From: Bdellovibrionales bacterium | Lineage (GTDB): Bacteria > Bdellovibrionota > Bdellovibrionia > Bdellovibrionales > JAMPXM01 | Assembly (NCBI GenBank): GCA_043739185.1 | Contig: JAYUEN010000332.1 | Coordinates: 112,194-176,193 of the forward strand | Direction: 5' to 3' | DNA length: 64,000 nt | Part shown: piece after piece, positions 19,626 through 29,085 of the stretch | How positions within the stretch are numbered: the first letter of the stretch is position 1 | Layout: each line of letters starts with the position of its first letter | Position numbers and translations under genes: made by a program | The notes under the pieces: generated by a model | The model's database searches: none | Seen by the model: the letters and a program-made list of their open reading frames with translations, nothing else | What the model was told of the DNA's origin: nothing

Positions 19626-20762
19626 TTACTGCAAAAAATCCCGAATGACTTTATCGGCGCGATCAATGGCAAAAATCCCATCTAAATGCCCGCCCTGTCC
19701 TTCGATTTCAAAATACTCAGCCTTCAATCCTCGTGCACGCAATTCATAAACGGCCACTTCCGAATATTTTGGCAGCATTAAAAGATCACTTTGAGCGCTT
19801 ATAAATAAAAATTTACTTTTCATCCTCGCAATTGAGTTCATTACCGAAAAGTTTTGCACGGCTTTGACAATATAAAGAAAATGATTTGGGTCCATAAATT
19901 TCATACGTTCACTGGCAATTTCATCAAGTCCAGTTTGCAATTCACTTTTACTTGCGAAGCTTTTATTTGAACTTTCAATATCTCGTACACTTGAGCTGCG
20001 CGCCCAGTCCGGAGAAAGCGAATTCAAAGTGACCATTCGCAAGGCCTGCTTTAATCCTTCCGCGGGAAAGAAATTGGCATAATAATTTCCTGCATTCCAA
20101 TTTGAATCGAGTAATATTGGCGCGCACCAAAAATCAACGATCCCATTGAGATAGGCCGGCGAATGAAAACCACAGCCAATAACCGGAATGGCCCGCTCAA
20201 GCATTTCGGGATAACTCGCTGCCCATTGCATGACTTGCATTGCACCTAAAGAGGGACCTGCCACCGCATGAAATTTTTCGATTTTTAAGAAGCCAGCTAC
20301 TGCCTTTTGAATTTCTACAAAATCCTTGATGTCGATGAGTGGAAAACTCATTCCATAGGGCTTTTGAGTTTGCGGATTGAGGCTTGTAGGCCCGGTTGAA
20401 ATCACTCGTGGATCACCAATATTCAAATTACAAAGCGTATCGACAGCCAATACAAAAAAACGATCGGTATCAATGGCCTTTCCTGGCCCGATGATCAAAT
20501 CCCAATAACCAGGCTCGGCATCCTCTAAAGAATATTTACCTGCGGCATTTGAGCTTCCGCTAAAATAATGACAAATCAAAATGGCATTGTCTCTTTTGTC
20601 GTTGAGCCTTCCATAGCACTCATAGCCAATATTCAAATCTATAATTTTTTCACCTGAGCAAGTGTGAAATTCATCTAAGTGAAAGCTTTGCTTTTGCTTC
20701 AACCAATAGGGTGGAGCTGGCAACTTATGATCTGGCATACGAAGTGTAAAAGGTTTAAACAT
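19626..20762 (-). CDS. MetX/homoserine-acetyltransferase-like alpha/beta hydrolase (probably E22-type esterase subfamily)
   Basis: NAILICHYFSG (not HALTG), YWDLIIGPGKAIDT, nucleophile GPSLG, GGHLDG. Confidence 0.8.
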   Translation of the reverse strand: MFKPFTLRMPDHKLPAPPYWLKQKQSFHLDEFHTCSGEKIIDLNIGYECYGRLNDKRDNAILICHYFSGSSNAAGKYSLEDAEPGYWDLIIGPGKAIDTDRFFVLAVDTLCNLNIGDPRVISTGPTSLNPQTQKPYGMSFPLIDIKDFVEIQKAVAGFLKIEKFHAVAGPSLGAMQVMQWAASYPEMLERAIPVIGCGFHSPAYLNGIVDFWCAPILLDSNWNAGNYYANFFPAEGLKQALRMVTLNSLSPDWARSSSVRDIESSNKSFASKSELQTGLDEIASERMKFMDPNHFLYIVKAVQNFSVMNSIARMKSKFLFISAQSDLLMLPKYSEVAVYELRARGLKAEYFEIEGQGGHLDGIFAIDRADKVIRDFLQ

Positions 20763-20878
20763 TTGAATCTCTTACCCAGAGTTTTAGAATAAGCCAATGA
20801 ATTTCTGGGGCCTAGTAGGTCTGAAGTTGACTAGGCGAATATTCTTGCTAAAAGCATGCTTACAAATAGGAGTTTAAA

Positions 20879-21661
20879 ATGCTTAAAAACAAATGCGCTT
20901 TGGTAACCGGCTCAACCTCAGGAATCGGTCTCGGAATTGCTAAGTCTTTGGCAGCACAAGGCTGCAATATCATTTTAAATGGTTTTGGCGATACAAAGCA
21001 AATTGAAGAAATTCGTGAAAATTTATCAAAAGAGTTTTCAATTCGGGCTCACTACAATGGCGCGGATATGTCTAAACCAGAACAAATTCGCCAAATGATT
21101 CACGAGGCAGAAGAAATTTTTGGTGGAGTCGATATCTTAGTCAATAATGCCGGCATTCAGTTTGTTTCAGCTATTGACCAATTTCCTGAAGAAAAATGGG
21201 ATTCAATATTGGCAATTAATTTGTCCTCTAATTTTCATACGACTAAAGCCGTATTACCAAAAATGAAGAAGAAAAATTGGGGACGAATCATTAATCTCGC
21301 AAGCGTTCACGGCATGGTGGCATCACCTTTTAAATCAGCATATGTAGCAGCTAAACACGGAGTTTTAGGCTTAACTAAAGCGACTGCACTTGAATTGGTT
21401 GAATTCAATATTACCTGCAATGCAATTTGCCCCGGTTATGTATTGACCCCACTTGTTGAAGGACAAATTGATCAGCAGGCAAAGGCGCATAATCTACCTC
21501 GCGAAAAGGTAATTAGCGATGTCATCCTCGCCTCTCAACCAAAAAAATCTTTTGTCGAAGTTGAGCAGCTGGGTGCCCTCACGGTTTTCTTATGCAGTGA
21601 TTCTGCGAGCAGCTTGACTGGCGCCACTTTGCCAGTCGATGGCGCGTGGACCGCCCGCTAA
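20879..21661 (+). CDS. bdhA: D-3-hydroxybutyrate dehydrogenase (SDR)
   Basis: TGSTSGIG, NNAGIQFV, SVHGMVASPFKSAYVAAKHG, PGYVLTPLV, DGAWTA. Confidence 0.92.
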   Translation: MLKNKCALVTGSTSGIGLGIAKSLAAQGCNIILNGFGDTKQIEEIRENLSKEFSIRAHYNGADMSKPEQIRQMIHEAEEIFGGVDILVNNAGIQFVSAIDQFPEEKWDSILAINLSSNFHTTKAVLPKMKKKNWGRIINLASVHGMVASPFKSAYVAAKHGVLGLTKATALELVEFNITCNAICPGYVLTPLVEGQIDQQAKAHNLPREKVISDVILASQPKKSFVEVEQLGALTVFLCSDSASSLTGATLPVDGAWTAR

Positions 21662-22566
21662 AATTCTCCCAGCTTTACGACTTCAGTTTGAAGTTCGACT
21701 TCAAATCTGCGTTCGACTTCTTTTTGAATATAAGCGATCAATTCTGAAATATCTGTTGCCGTGGCTTTGCCAGTATTGACGATGAAATTAGCATGTTTTT
21801 CTGAAACCCTTGCGCCACCTATACTATGGCCCTTTAAACCCGCGGTTTCAATAAGCCGGCCGGCTTTTTCTCCCTGAGGATTGCGAAAGACAGAACCACA
21901 ATTTGGAAGATTTAAAGGCTGCTTTAATCCGCGCTCTCGATTGGCAATTCGCACCCGCTCTAAAATTGTTGGCTTTACTTCGTTGGCTAGCTTAATTCCC
22001 ACTCTTGAAATAATTCCCTCTTGCCATCCCGAACAATGACGATAACTCCACTTCAATTCAGTTTTTTCATAGCGCTTAAATTCAAATGAGGGCAGTTTCA
22101 AAACTTCGATCCAGTCGACAATTTCAACAAATTCTCGAGGCTCAATATTTTCGCCTACACCTGCATTCATCGCAACCCCGCCGCCAACTGAACCCGGTAT
22201 TCCTGCAATAAAAAGCGCAGGCTCAAGTTTAAATTTGAGCAATTGTTTTAACAAATCAGCTTTCGGAGTTCCGGCCAAACATACAAATGTAATCTCATTT
22301 TCAGTCTTCTTCACTTCGATTTGAGAAAGTCGAGAGAGTTGAAAAGTCAGTCCTCTGAGGCCACGATCACTGATGAGAACATTGGTTCCGCCTCCTAAAA
22401 CTTGATAAGGAAGATTTGTAGCCAAGCACCATTTCAGTGCTGCTTTAAGTTCGTCGAGGCTTGTCGGAGTACATAAGTACTCAGCGCTGCCCCCAACTTG
22501 CCAAGAGTTCATGATTTTAAGAGAAACATTTTCGCGAATGAAATTGGGTATTAATGACGGACTCAT
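21658..22566 (-). CDS. murB: UDP-N-acetylmuramate dehydrogenase
   Basis: GGGTNVL, GIPGSVGG.VAMNAG, GSVFRNP, SEKHANFIVN. Confidence 0.95.
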   Translation of the reverse strand: MSPSLIPNFIRENVSLKIMNSWQVGGSAEYLCTPTSLDELKAALKWCLATNLPYQVLGGGTNVLISDRGLRGLTFQLSRLSQIEVKKTENEITFVCLAGTPKADLLKQLLKFKLEPALFIAGIPGSVGGGVAMNAGVGENIEPREFVEIVDWIEVLKLPSFEFKRYEKTELKWSYRHCSGWQEGIISRVGIKLANEVKPTILERVRIANRERGLKQPLNLPNCGSVFRNPQGEKAGRLIETAGLKGHSIGGARVSEKHANFIVNTGKATATDISELIAYIQKEVERRFEVELQTEVVKLGEF

Positions 22567-23912
22567 AGTTTGTGTTCAAGCACCTGCATGCCGAACTTCC
22601 AAATATCGCCTGCACCGAGGCTGAGTAAAATCTCATTTCGCTTGAGATCCTTTGCGATTTCATCGCTACGATCCTTAAAATTCTGAAAGTATTTTAAATG
22701 CGGATGCTTGATTTCAGCTGCCAGTTTCTCAGAACTAATGAATGCAATTGGTTTTTCACCCGCCGGATAAATATCACAAAGCCAGACTTCATCAGCCAAA
22801 TCAAATGCAGTCAGAAACTGCTCCCAGCAAAGCAGAGTTCGTGAATAGCGATGCGGCTGAAAAAATACTTTTAAGTATCTCTCAGGAAATTTCTCTTTAA
22901 ATGCTTGAAGAACAGCTTTGATTTCAGTTGGATGATGACCATAATCATCATATACATCAGCGCCAGATTTAGTAGTTCCCTTAAACTCAAAGCGCCGGTC
23001 AACACCGGCAAAGTTTTTTAATCCTTTTGCACAAACTTCAAAACCGATGCCGGCCTCTAGTCCTGCAGCCAAAGCTGCCGCTGCGTTTAAGGCATTGTGA
23101 GTTCCTGCAGCCTGTAATTCAAAACTTCCCAATAATTTTCCGTGCAGAGTCGCTTGATATTTGCCACGGCTGCCTTTAATCACCAAATCATTTTCATTTG
23201 AAAAACCATAATACAAAATGCGTTTAGAGAAATTAGTAAAAGTCTCACGAATCAGAGGATCATCTCCGCATAAAATGGCAACACCATAAAACGGAATTCG
23301 CGAGGCAAAATCAAAATAGGCGCGCTTGAGATTGTCCATGGTATTAAAGTGATCAAGATGATCATTATCAATATTGGTAATCACTGTGACTTCAGGGAAC
23401 AGCCTTAAAAAACTGCCGTCGCTCTCATCAGCTTCTGCAATCACCCATTCACCTTCGCCAAGTTTGGCCGTACTTCCGATGAGCTCAAGTCTGCCGCCAA
23501 CGATGATCGTGGGATGAGTTTTGGCTTCAAGAAAAATACTAGCCGCCATACTTGTTGTGGTCGTCTTTCCGTGAGAGCCGCCAATTGCCAATCCACGTTT
23601 CATTCTCATAAGCTCGGCTAGAGCCTCAGCTCTCGGGATTAAGGGAATTTTTAATTTTCTGGCTTCTGCAAATTCAGGATTCTCAGGCTTAACTGCACTT
23701 GAATAAACCACCACCTCGGCTTGACCAATATTTTTTGCATCGTGACCGATTTCAATCTTAACTTTGAGTTTTCTTAAATGTTCGATCTGCGCATTGTCTG
23801 ATAAATCACTACCGGTAACTTCAGCTCCCATACTCTTTAAAAGTTCGGCGAGACCGCACATTCCAATTCCGCCGATACCAATAAAGTGTACTTTTGCATG
23901 TGCCAATTTCAT
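22563..23912 (-). CDS. murC: UDP-N-acetylmuramate--L-alanine ligase
   Basis: GIGGIGM, GSHGKTTT, EADESD, DDYGHHPTE, FQPHRYSRT. Confidence 0.97.
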   Translation of the reverse strand: MKLAHAKVHFIGIGGIGMCGLAELLKSMGAEVTGSDLSDNAQIEHLRKLKVKIEIGHDAKNIGQAEVVVYSSAVKPENPEFAEARKLKIPLIPRAEALAELMRMKRGLAIGGSHGKTTTTSMAASIFLEAKTHPTIIVGGRLELIGSTAKLGEGEWVIAEADESDGSFLRLFPEVTVITNIDNDHLDHFNTMDNLKRAYFDFASRIPFYGVAILCGDDPLIRETFTNFSKRILYYGFSNENDLVIKGSRGKYQATLHGKLLGSFELQAAGTHNALNAAAALAAGLEAGIGFEVCAKGLKNFAGVDRRFEFKGTTKSGADVYDDYGHHPTEIKAVLQAFKEKFPERYLKVFFQPHRYSRTLLCWEQFLTAFDLADEVWLCDIYPAGEKPIAFISSEKLAAEIKHPHLKYFQNFKDRSDEIAKDLKRNEILLSLGAGDIWKFGMQVLEHKL

Positions 23913-24991
23913 TTTCTTAACTCATCTCCTAAAAGAATCTTCGCAATTTCTTCGTCTGAATTTGCAAACTCGAAGCTTTGCACAGATTGGGAAATTTTTG
24001 AAATCTTATCTCGGTGCTTAATAAAATCACTTAAGATGCTAAGCAATCTCTCTAAACTAAGATCCTTCTGGAGGATCATCTCGGCAGCATTTCTTTTGAC
24101 CAAAACTTCTGCGTTTTTGCGCTGATGGTCATCTGCTGCCGTCGGCAAGGGGATAAAAATGGCAGCTTTTCTGCAAGCTATTACTTCAGCAACAGTTGAA
24201 GCTCCTGAGCGCGCGATGACCAAATCGCTCCATTGATAACGCTCTTTCATATCATGAAGATATTCAAAACACTGAAAGTGGGCCGGTGCCTTTTCATAGA
24301 GCTTCTGCGCTCTTGCAAAATCAAGAGGGCCGGTTTGATGAATCACTTCAATTTGATTTAAAACCTCGATTGCGCCACGTTCGATTAATTTAAAAACTAT
24401 TTCATTAATCGCTCGAGCGCCTTGGCTTCCGCCAAAAATAAGAATCTTAAGCTTTTCTTTTGAAACAGCTCTTGCCTCTAAACTAAATCGAACCGGAATC
24501 CCGACTTTGCGAATTTTCTTGGCGTGCAAATACTGACGAGCCTCTTCAAATACTAAGAGAGTTTCAGTTACAAATCGCGAGAGCCAGCGATTGGCAAGCC
24601 CTGGCATAGCATTTGGCTCCCAAATATAAGTTTTAAATCCTAAGAGTGAGGCGGTTAATAACATTGGGCCTGAAGCAAATCCTCCCACACCTAAAACCGC
24701 AGCTGGACGAAATTTTAAAAGAAGCAAAAAACTTTGAATAAGTGCAATTGGCATTTTTAGCAAAGTCATAAAGCGCGTTAATAAACTAACACTTTTATGC
24801 AAGCGACCGGAGGAAACGAGAAAGAGTTTGAAGCCCTCTCTGGGTACTATTTTCTCTTCAAGGCCACCTGCTGCACCAATAAATTGAATTTCAACTTCGT
24901 GATCGAGTTTTAGAATAGCTCGGGCAATCGCAATTCCCGGATAAATATGACCGCCAGTGCCTCCACCAGCTATGAAGATATTTTTTTTCAT
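23909..24991 (-). CDS. murG: Undecaprenyl-PP-MurNAc-pentapeptide GlcNAc transferase
   Basis: GGGTGGHIYP, GGSQGA, RSGAST, DHQRKNA. Confidence 0.97.
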   Translation of the reverse strand: MKKNIFIAGGGTGGHIYPGIAIARAILKLDHEVEIQFIGAAGGLEEKIVPREGFKLFLVSSGRLHKSVSLLTRFMTLLKMPIALIQSFLLLLKFRPAAVLGVGGFASGPMLLTASLLGFKTYIWEPNAMPGLANRWLSRFVTETLLVFEEARQYLHAKKIRKVGIPVRFSLEARAVSKEKLKILIFGGSQGARAINEIVFKLIERGAIEVLNQIEVIHQTGPLDFARAQKLYEKAPAHFQCFEYLHDMKERYQWSDLVIARSGASTVAEVIACRKAAIFIPLPTAADDHQRKNAEVLVKRNAAEMILQKDLSLERLLSILSDFIKHRDKISKISQSVQSFEFANSDEEIAKILLGDELRK

Positions 24992-26136
24992 AAGGCAAAA
25001 CTTGCGCCCGATTTGCGATGTTTACCAATAGATTCTCGCTCATATTTTTCGATATTGAGTAAAATTCCAAAAAGAATTCCCTGCATAATGAGAGAGCTAC
25101 CGCCATAACTTAAGAAAGGTAGGGTTAAGCCCTTGGTGGGTAAGAGTCCCAATACGACCGAGCAATTGATAAAAACCGCCAATGCAAAATTGAGAGTCAA
25201 TCCAAGGCTCGCCACTTTACAAAATAAATGATCTGATTTGTATGCCGTTTGCAGGCCGCGCAAGATCAGAAATGCAAACAAGCAAATCACAAAGGCAACC
25301 CCAATAAATCCCATCTCCTCACCCAAAACGGCGAGCGTAAAATCAGTATGCGCCTCGGGAAGAAAAAATAATTTTCCTTGGCCTTGCCCCAAACCAACCC
25401 CGGTTAAGCCGCCGCTTTGAAAACTGAGCATACTTTGAATGAGCTGAAATCCTTTTTGACCCGGGTCAGACCAAGGATCCAAAAAGGCCTGCACTCGAGC
25501 CCAGCGATAGGGAACACGAAATACAAGAAAATAAAAACCCGGCAAGGCAGATGCCCCAGCAAAAATAAACCATCTCAGATTCAAACCAAAAGCAAAAAGC
25601 AAACTGAGTAAAACCAAGATTGAAATTGAAAATCCGCCAAAGTCAGGTTGTTTTAATAAAAATATAAGTGGAGTTAGAATTATAAAGGCGCGAGTGATCC
25701 CGCTCCAATGTCCAAAACTTCGCGAAATGAAATCACCTTTTGAAAAGGCAATAAAGCTAGCCAAGACAAGTGGCAAACTGAGTTTGAGTAGCTCTGAAGG
25801 TTCAAACACCATCCCGAAAGGTAATATAAACCAACGGGTGGCACCGCCCCGAGTGACACCAATGCCAGGCATATAGGTGAGTACAACCAAAATTGCAGCA
25901 AATAACCAAAAGGCTAAACTGAATTTCATGATTGCGCGCATATCAATATGTGCGAAAACAAAAAGTGCAAGGACGGAGAGGATAGTGAAAAGGAGTTGGC
26001 GTTTTACAAAAAACAGACCGTCAAGATGAGCTTCAGTGGCAAAAATATAGCTTGAGCTATAAACCTGCACCAAGCCAATTCCGAAAAGTGCAAAAAGAAC
26101 GAGAAGAATTCCTCTATCAAACCGCATGAATACCAT
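24988..26136 (-). CDS. ftsW: SEDS peptidoglycan polymerase FtsW
   Basis: Polytopic; GATRW, EPSELLK, QPDFG, FLPEAHTDF, LPFLSYGGSS. Confidence 0.96.
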   Translation of the reverse strand: MVFMRFDRGILLVLFALFGIGLVQVYSSSYIFATEAHLDGLFFVKRQLLFTILSVLALFVFAHIDMRAIMKFSLAFWLFAAILVVLTYMPGIGVTRGGATRWFILPFGMVFEPSELLKLSLPLVLASFIAFSKGDFISRSFGHWSGITRAFIILTPLIFLLKQPDFGGFSISILVLLSLLFAFGLNLRWFIFAGASALPGFYFLVFRVPYRWARVQAFLDPWSDPGQKGFQLIQSMLSFQSGGLTGVGLGQGQGKLFFLPEAHTDFTLAVLGEEMGFIGVAFVICLFAFLILRGLQTAYKSDHLFCKVASLGLTLNFALAVFINCSVVLGLLPTKGLTLPFLSYGGSSLIMQGILFGILLNIEKYERESIGKHRKSGASFAL

Positions 26137-26155
26137 CCTTAGTATGAGGGTCTAG

Positions 26156-26389
26156 TTATAAACTATCATTTTTAGGATTCTCTTCAAAGCCTTTTTGGCG
26201 CTTTTTAGGTTTGATGGGTCCAGGAATTAAATCAGATTTAACGACATCGGCAGCTGTCAACGGAATCACCCGTTCAGGTTCAGTCGCAAAGTGAATCGGA
26301 TCCAGGCTCTGATTCTGCATCCGCTGCAGTTCACAATATTCGGGCTGCCTGCCACTGCAATCGACAACATTTAGCCAAATCAAAATCAT
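26156..26389 (-). CDS. Small hypothetical protein (77 aa) between murD and ftsW
   Basis: GGAG 6 nt before ATG 26389; fills the gap in operon orientation; no recognisable homology. Confidence 0.45.
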   Translation of the reverse strand: MILIWLNVVDCSGRQPEYCELQRMQNQSLDPIHFATEPERVIPLTAADVVKSDLIPGPIKPKKRQKGFEENPKNDSL

Positions 26390-26402
26390 AATCCGCTCCA
26401 AA

Positions 26403-26503
26403 CTACCAAAGCCTTCCGAGCTTCAATAAATGAGTTCCGCAGCCGAATCAAAGATTCGGCGAGGACTGTCCGAACTTTTTTGAAGCTCGGAAGGCTTTGG
26501 TAG
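26403..26503. repeat. 101-nt nested inverted repeat (perfect 24-bp outer arms, 8-bp inner hairpin)
   Basis: ctaccaaagccttccgagcttcaa (26403-26426) / ttgaagctcggaaggctttggtag (26480-26503); inner gccgaatc-aaa-gattcggc. Confidence 0.9.
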
Positions 26504-26526
26504 GTTGAAAGCAGAATCAAAGCTCT

Positions 26527-27936
26527 TTATTTGAATCTATTTACGATTTCTTTAAAATAATTGCCGCGCTCTTCGAAGCTATCAAACATATCGAAGCTTG
26601 AGCAACCTGGGCTCAGCAGGACGATGTCGCCGATGCGTGATTTTTGATAGGCAATTAATACGGCTTCTTCAAAAGTTCCGATGAGAAAGGTCTCAGAATA
26701 ATCGCCTAGATCGCGATTCATTCTCTCTTTGGCCTCACCAACTAAAATCAAATTCTTTACTTTTCGGCGAACGATTTCACGTAGTGGCTCGTAAGACAAA
26801 TTGGTGTCCTTACCGCCAGCAATCAAAATTAAGTTCTCGTCGAAGGCATCGAGGGCGCGAAGTACGGCGTGCACATTGGTAGCTTTTGAATCATTAAAAA
26901 ACTCAACTCCGCCAACTCTTCTCACATATTCAAGTCGATGTGCCATTCCCGAAAAAGTTTCAATCACTTTTTGAATATCTTCGCGACGAGCTCCATGCTC
27001 ACGCGCGGCCAAAATAGCGGCCATTATATTATCAATCGAGTGCTTACCGCGCATTTTCATATTTTTTATATTATAAGTCTCAATATCTGGGCCAGTGCGC
27101 ACGCGAATTTCGTCTTTAATTAAGACTGCTCCGCCGATGGTCATAATTTGCGGCTCTAAAGAGGGCTTGCGAGAGAAATAGAAAATCCGTCCGCGCTGAA
27201 CTGAAGGATCATGCGCTAGCTCTACCACCGCGCTATCATCTGCATTCAAAATACTAGTGGTTGCTTGATTGGTATTTTGAAAGATACGGCTCTTGGCATT
27301 GACGTATTCTTCCATTGAGCGGTAGCGGTCCTGATGGTTCTCAGCCAAATTTGTGAAAATAATATTTTGTGGAGTGAAGCGCTCACAATGCTCTAACTGA
27401 AAACTTGAAACTTCTGCGACAACTACTTTGGCTTCATCTTTCTTGCGAAGAAATTCGACCAAGGGTTCGCCGTAGTTTCCACCAATCCAGGTTGGGACAC
27501 CAGAGGCGGTCAAAAATAATTCTGTAAGTTTGCACGTGGTGCTTTTGCCGTTGGTACCGGTAACTGCAATGACCGGAACTTTAATAAACCAAGTTGCAAA
27601 TTCAAATTCACCGGTCACTTGTACGCCCTGAGTTCGGCAGTACTCAAATATTTTCATATTTGAAGGGACGCCCGGGCTTAAGATAATAAGATCTTGAGCG
27701 ACAAAAGTTTTTGGGGTGTGACCGCCCAGATCAAATTGCACTTCAAGGCCATCAATTTGCTCTAGGCTTGTTGATAGTTCAGCTTTTGATTTGTGGTCAG
27801 AAACGGTTACGACCGCTCCGTTTTCAACTAAAAAATGCACGAGTGAAACGCCACTTCGAGCTAGTCCTACCACCAAGACTTTCTTGCCTTTAAGGTCAGC
27901 GATATCAGTAATTGGAGTCTTTGGAGTGGCGTTCAT
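26527..27936 (-). CDS. murD: UDP-N-acetylmuramoyl-L-alanine--D-glutamate ligase
   Basis: GLARSG, TGTNGKST, EVSSFQLE, NDSKATN, LLSPGCSSFD. Confidence 0.97.
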   Translation of the reverse strand: MNATPKTPITDIADLKGKKVLVVGLARSGVSLVHFLVENGAVVTVSDHKSKAELSTSLEQIDGLEVQFDLGGHTPKTFVAQDLIILSPGVPSNMKIFEYCRTQGVQVTGEFEFATWFIKVPVIAVTGTNGKSTTCKLTELFLTASGVPTWIGGNYGEPLVEFLRKKDEAKVVVAEVSSFQLEHCERFTPQNIIFTNLAENHQDRYRSMEEYVNAKSRIFQNTNQATTSILNADDSAVVELAHDPSVQRGRIFYFSRKPSLEPQIMTIGGAVLIKDEIRVRTGPDIETYNIKNMKMRGKHSIDNIMAAILAAREHGARREDIQKVIETFSGMAHRLEYVRRVGGVEFFNDSKATNVHAVLRALDAFDENLILIAGGKDTNLSYEPLREIVRRKVKNLILVGEAKERMNRDLGDYSETFLIGTFEEAVLIAYQKSRIGDIVLLSPGCSSFDMFDSFEERGNYFKEIVNRFK

Positions 27937-27960
27937 TTTTTACCTCTTTTATTTAAAAAA

Positions 27961-29037
27961 TTATCTCAGTTTGAGCGTTGCCAGGCTTAAAATCGCAAGC
28001 AAAATGGAGATAATCCAAAATCGCACAATGATTTTTGTTTCAGACAAACCTTTTAACTCAAAATGATGATGAATCGGAGCCATCTTGAAAATGCGCTTGC
28101 CCGTGGTCTTAAAACTTATGACTTGAGTGATGACCGAGAGCGCTTCGACAACAAAAACTCCACCCAGCAAAATGAGCACGAGTTCGTTCTTAGTAAGTAC
28201 TGCCATCATGCCCAAGAAACCGCCGATAGATAGACTACCTACATCTCCCATAAAAACTTGCGCGGGATAAGTATTGAACCATAAAAACCCAAGGCCTGCG
28301 GCAACCATGGCCCCAGCTAAAGGTGAAAGTTCACCAGCACCTATCACATGGGGAATCTGTAAGTAGCTAGCGATCGCGGCATTTCCGCAAACATAAGCAA
28401 AAATCCCAAGAGTGGCCGCTGAAATAATAACTGGAACAATTGCGAGACCGTCTAAACCATCGGTGAGATTAACTGCATTTGCACAACCCGTGATAACCAA
28501 CGCCGCAAAGACAATATAAAATTCATGCAGATTGATAATCGTATTTTTCATAAACGGAATATAAACTTCTGTTGAAAAATGAAAATTATGAATCAGAACT
28601 GCTATCACTCCACCTGAAATTAAAAATTCACCTAGGAGGCGAACTTTGCCAGGCAAACCCTTCGAATTCTTTTTTCGAACCTTTAAAAAATCATCGATAT
28701 AACCAATAGAGCCAAACATCAAAGTGGTCACAATCACGGCCCACACTAGGGGATTTAATAAATTAACCCAAAGCAATGCTGGTACTATCAGTCCGATGAG
28801 AATAAGTCCGCCGCCCATAGTAGGCGTGCCTTGTTTCTTTTTGTGAGTAGCGGGACCGTCGTCTCGAATACTCTGACCCATTTGCCAATTCACAAGTGAG
28901 CGAATGAAGTAGGGACCCGTGAGCCAACACACAAAAAAACCTGTGAACAGAGATACAAATGTTCGAAAGGTGATGTATCGAAAAACATTAAGAGCATTGA
29001 AATGATTTTCAAAGGACAAAAGAAATCTGTAGAACAT
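27961..29037 (-). CDS. mraY: Phospho-N-acetylmuramoyl-pentapeptide transferase
   Basis: [37 protein letters not shown]. Confidence 0.98.
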   Translation of the reverse strand: MFYRFLLSFENHFNALNVFRYITFRTFVSLFTGFFVCWLTGPYFIRSLVNWQMGQSIRDDGPATHKKKQGTPTMGGGLILIGLIVPALLWVNLLNPLVWAVIVTTLMFGSIGYIDDFLKVRKKNSKGLPGKVRLLGEFLISGGVIAVLIHNFHFSTEVYIPFMKNTIINLHEFYIVFAALVITGCANAVNLTDGLDGLAIVPVIISAATLGIFAYVCGNAAIASYLQIPHVIGAGELSPLAGAMVAAGLGFLWFNTYPAQVFMGDVGSLSIGGFLGMMAVLTKNELVLILLGGVFVVEALSVITQVISFKTTGKRIFKMAPIHHHFELKGLSETKIIVRFWIISILLAILSLATLKLR

Positions 29038-29085
29038 CTAAATTTGCGCTTCCTTCAGGTTGCAGGGAGAAGGCCAAGCTTTGAT

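Noticed and set aside
19486..19749. ORFs of 60-116 aa spanning the repeat copies (6478, 6536, 19486, 56242, 58974)
   Set aside because: Starts, frames and strands are inconsistent among copies and similarity is confined to the repeat; treated under the repeat finding
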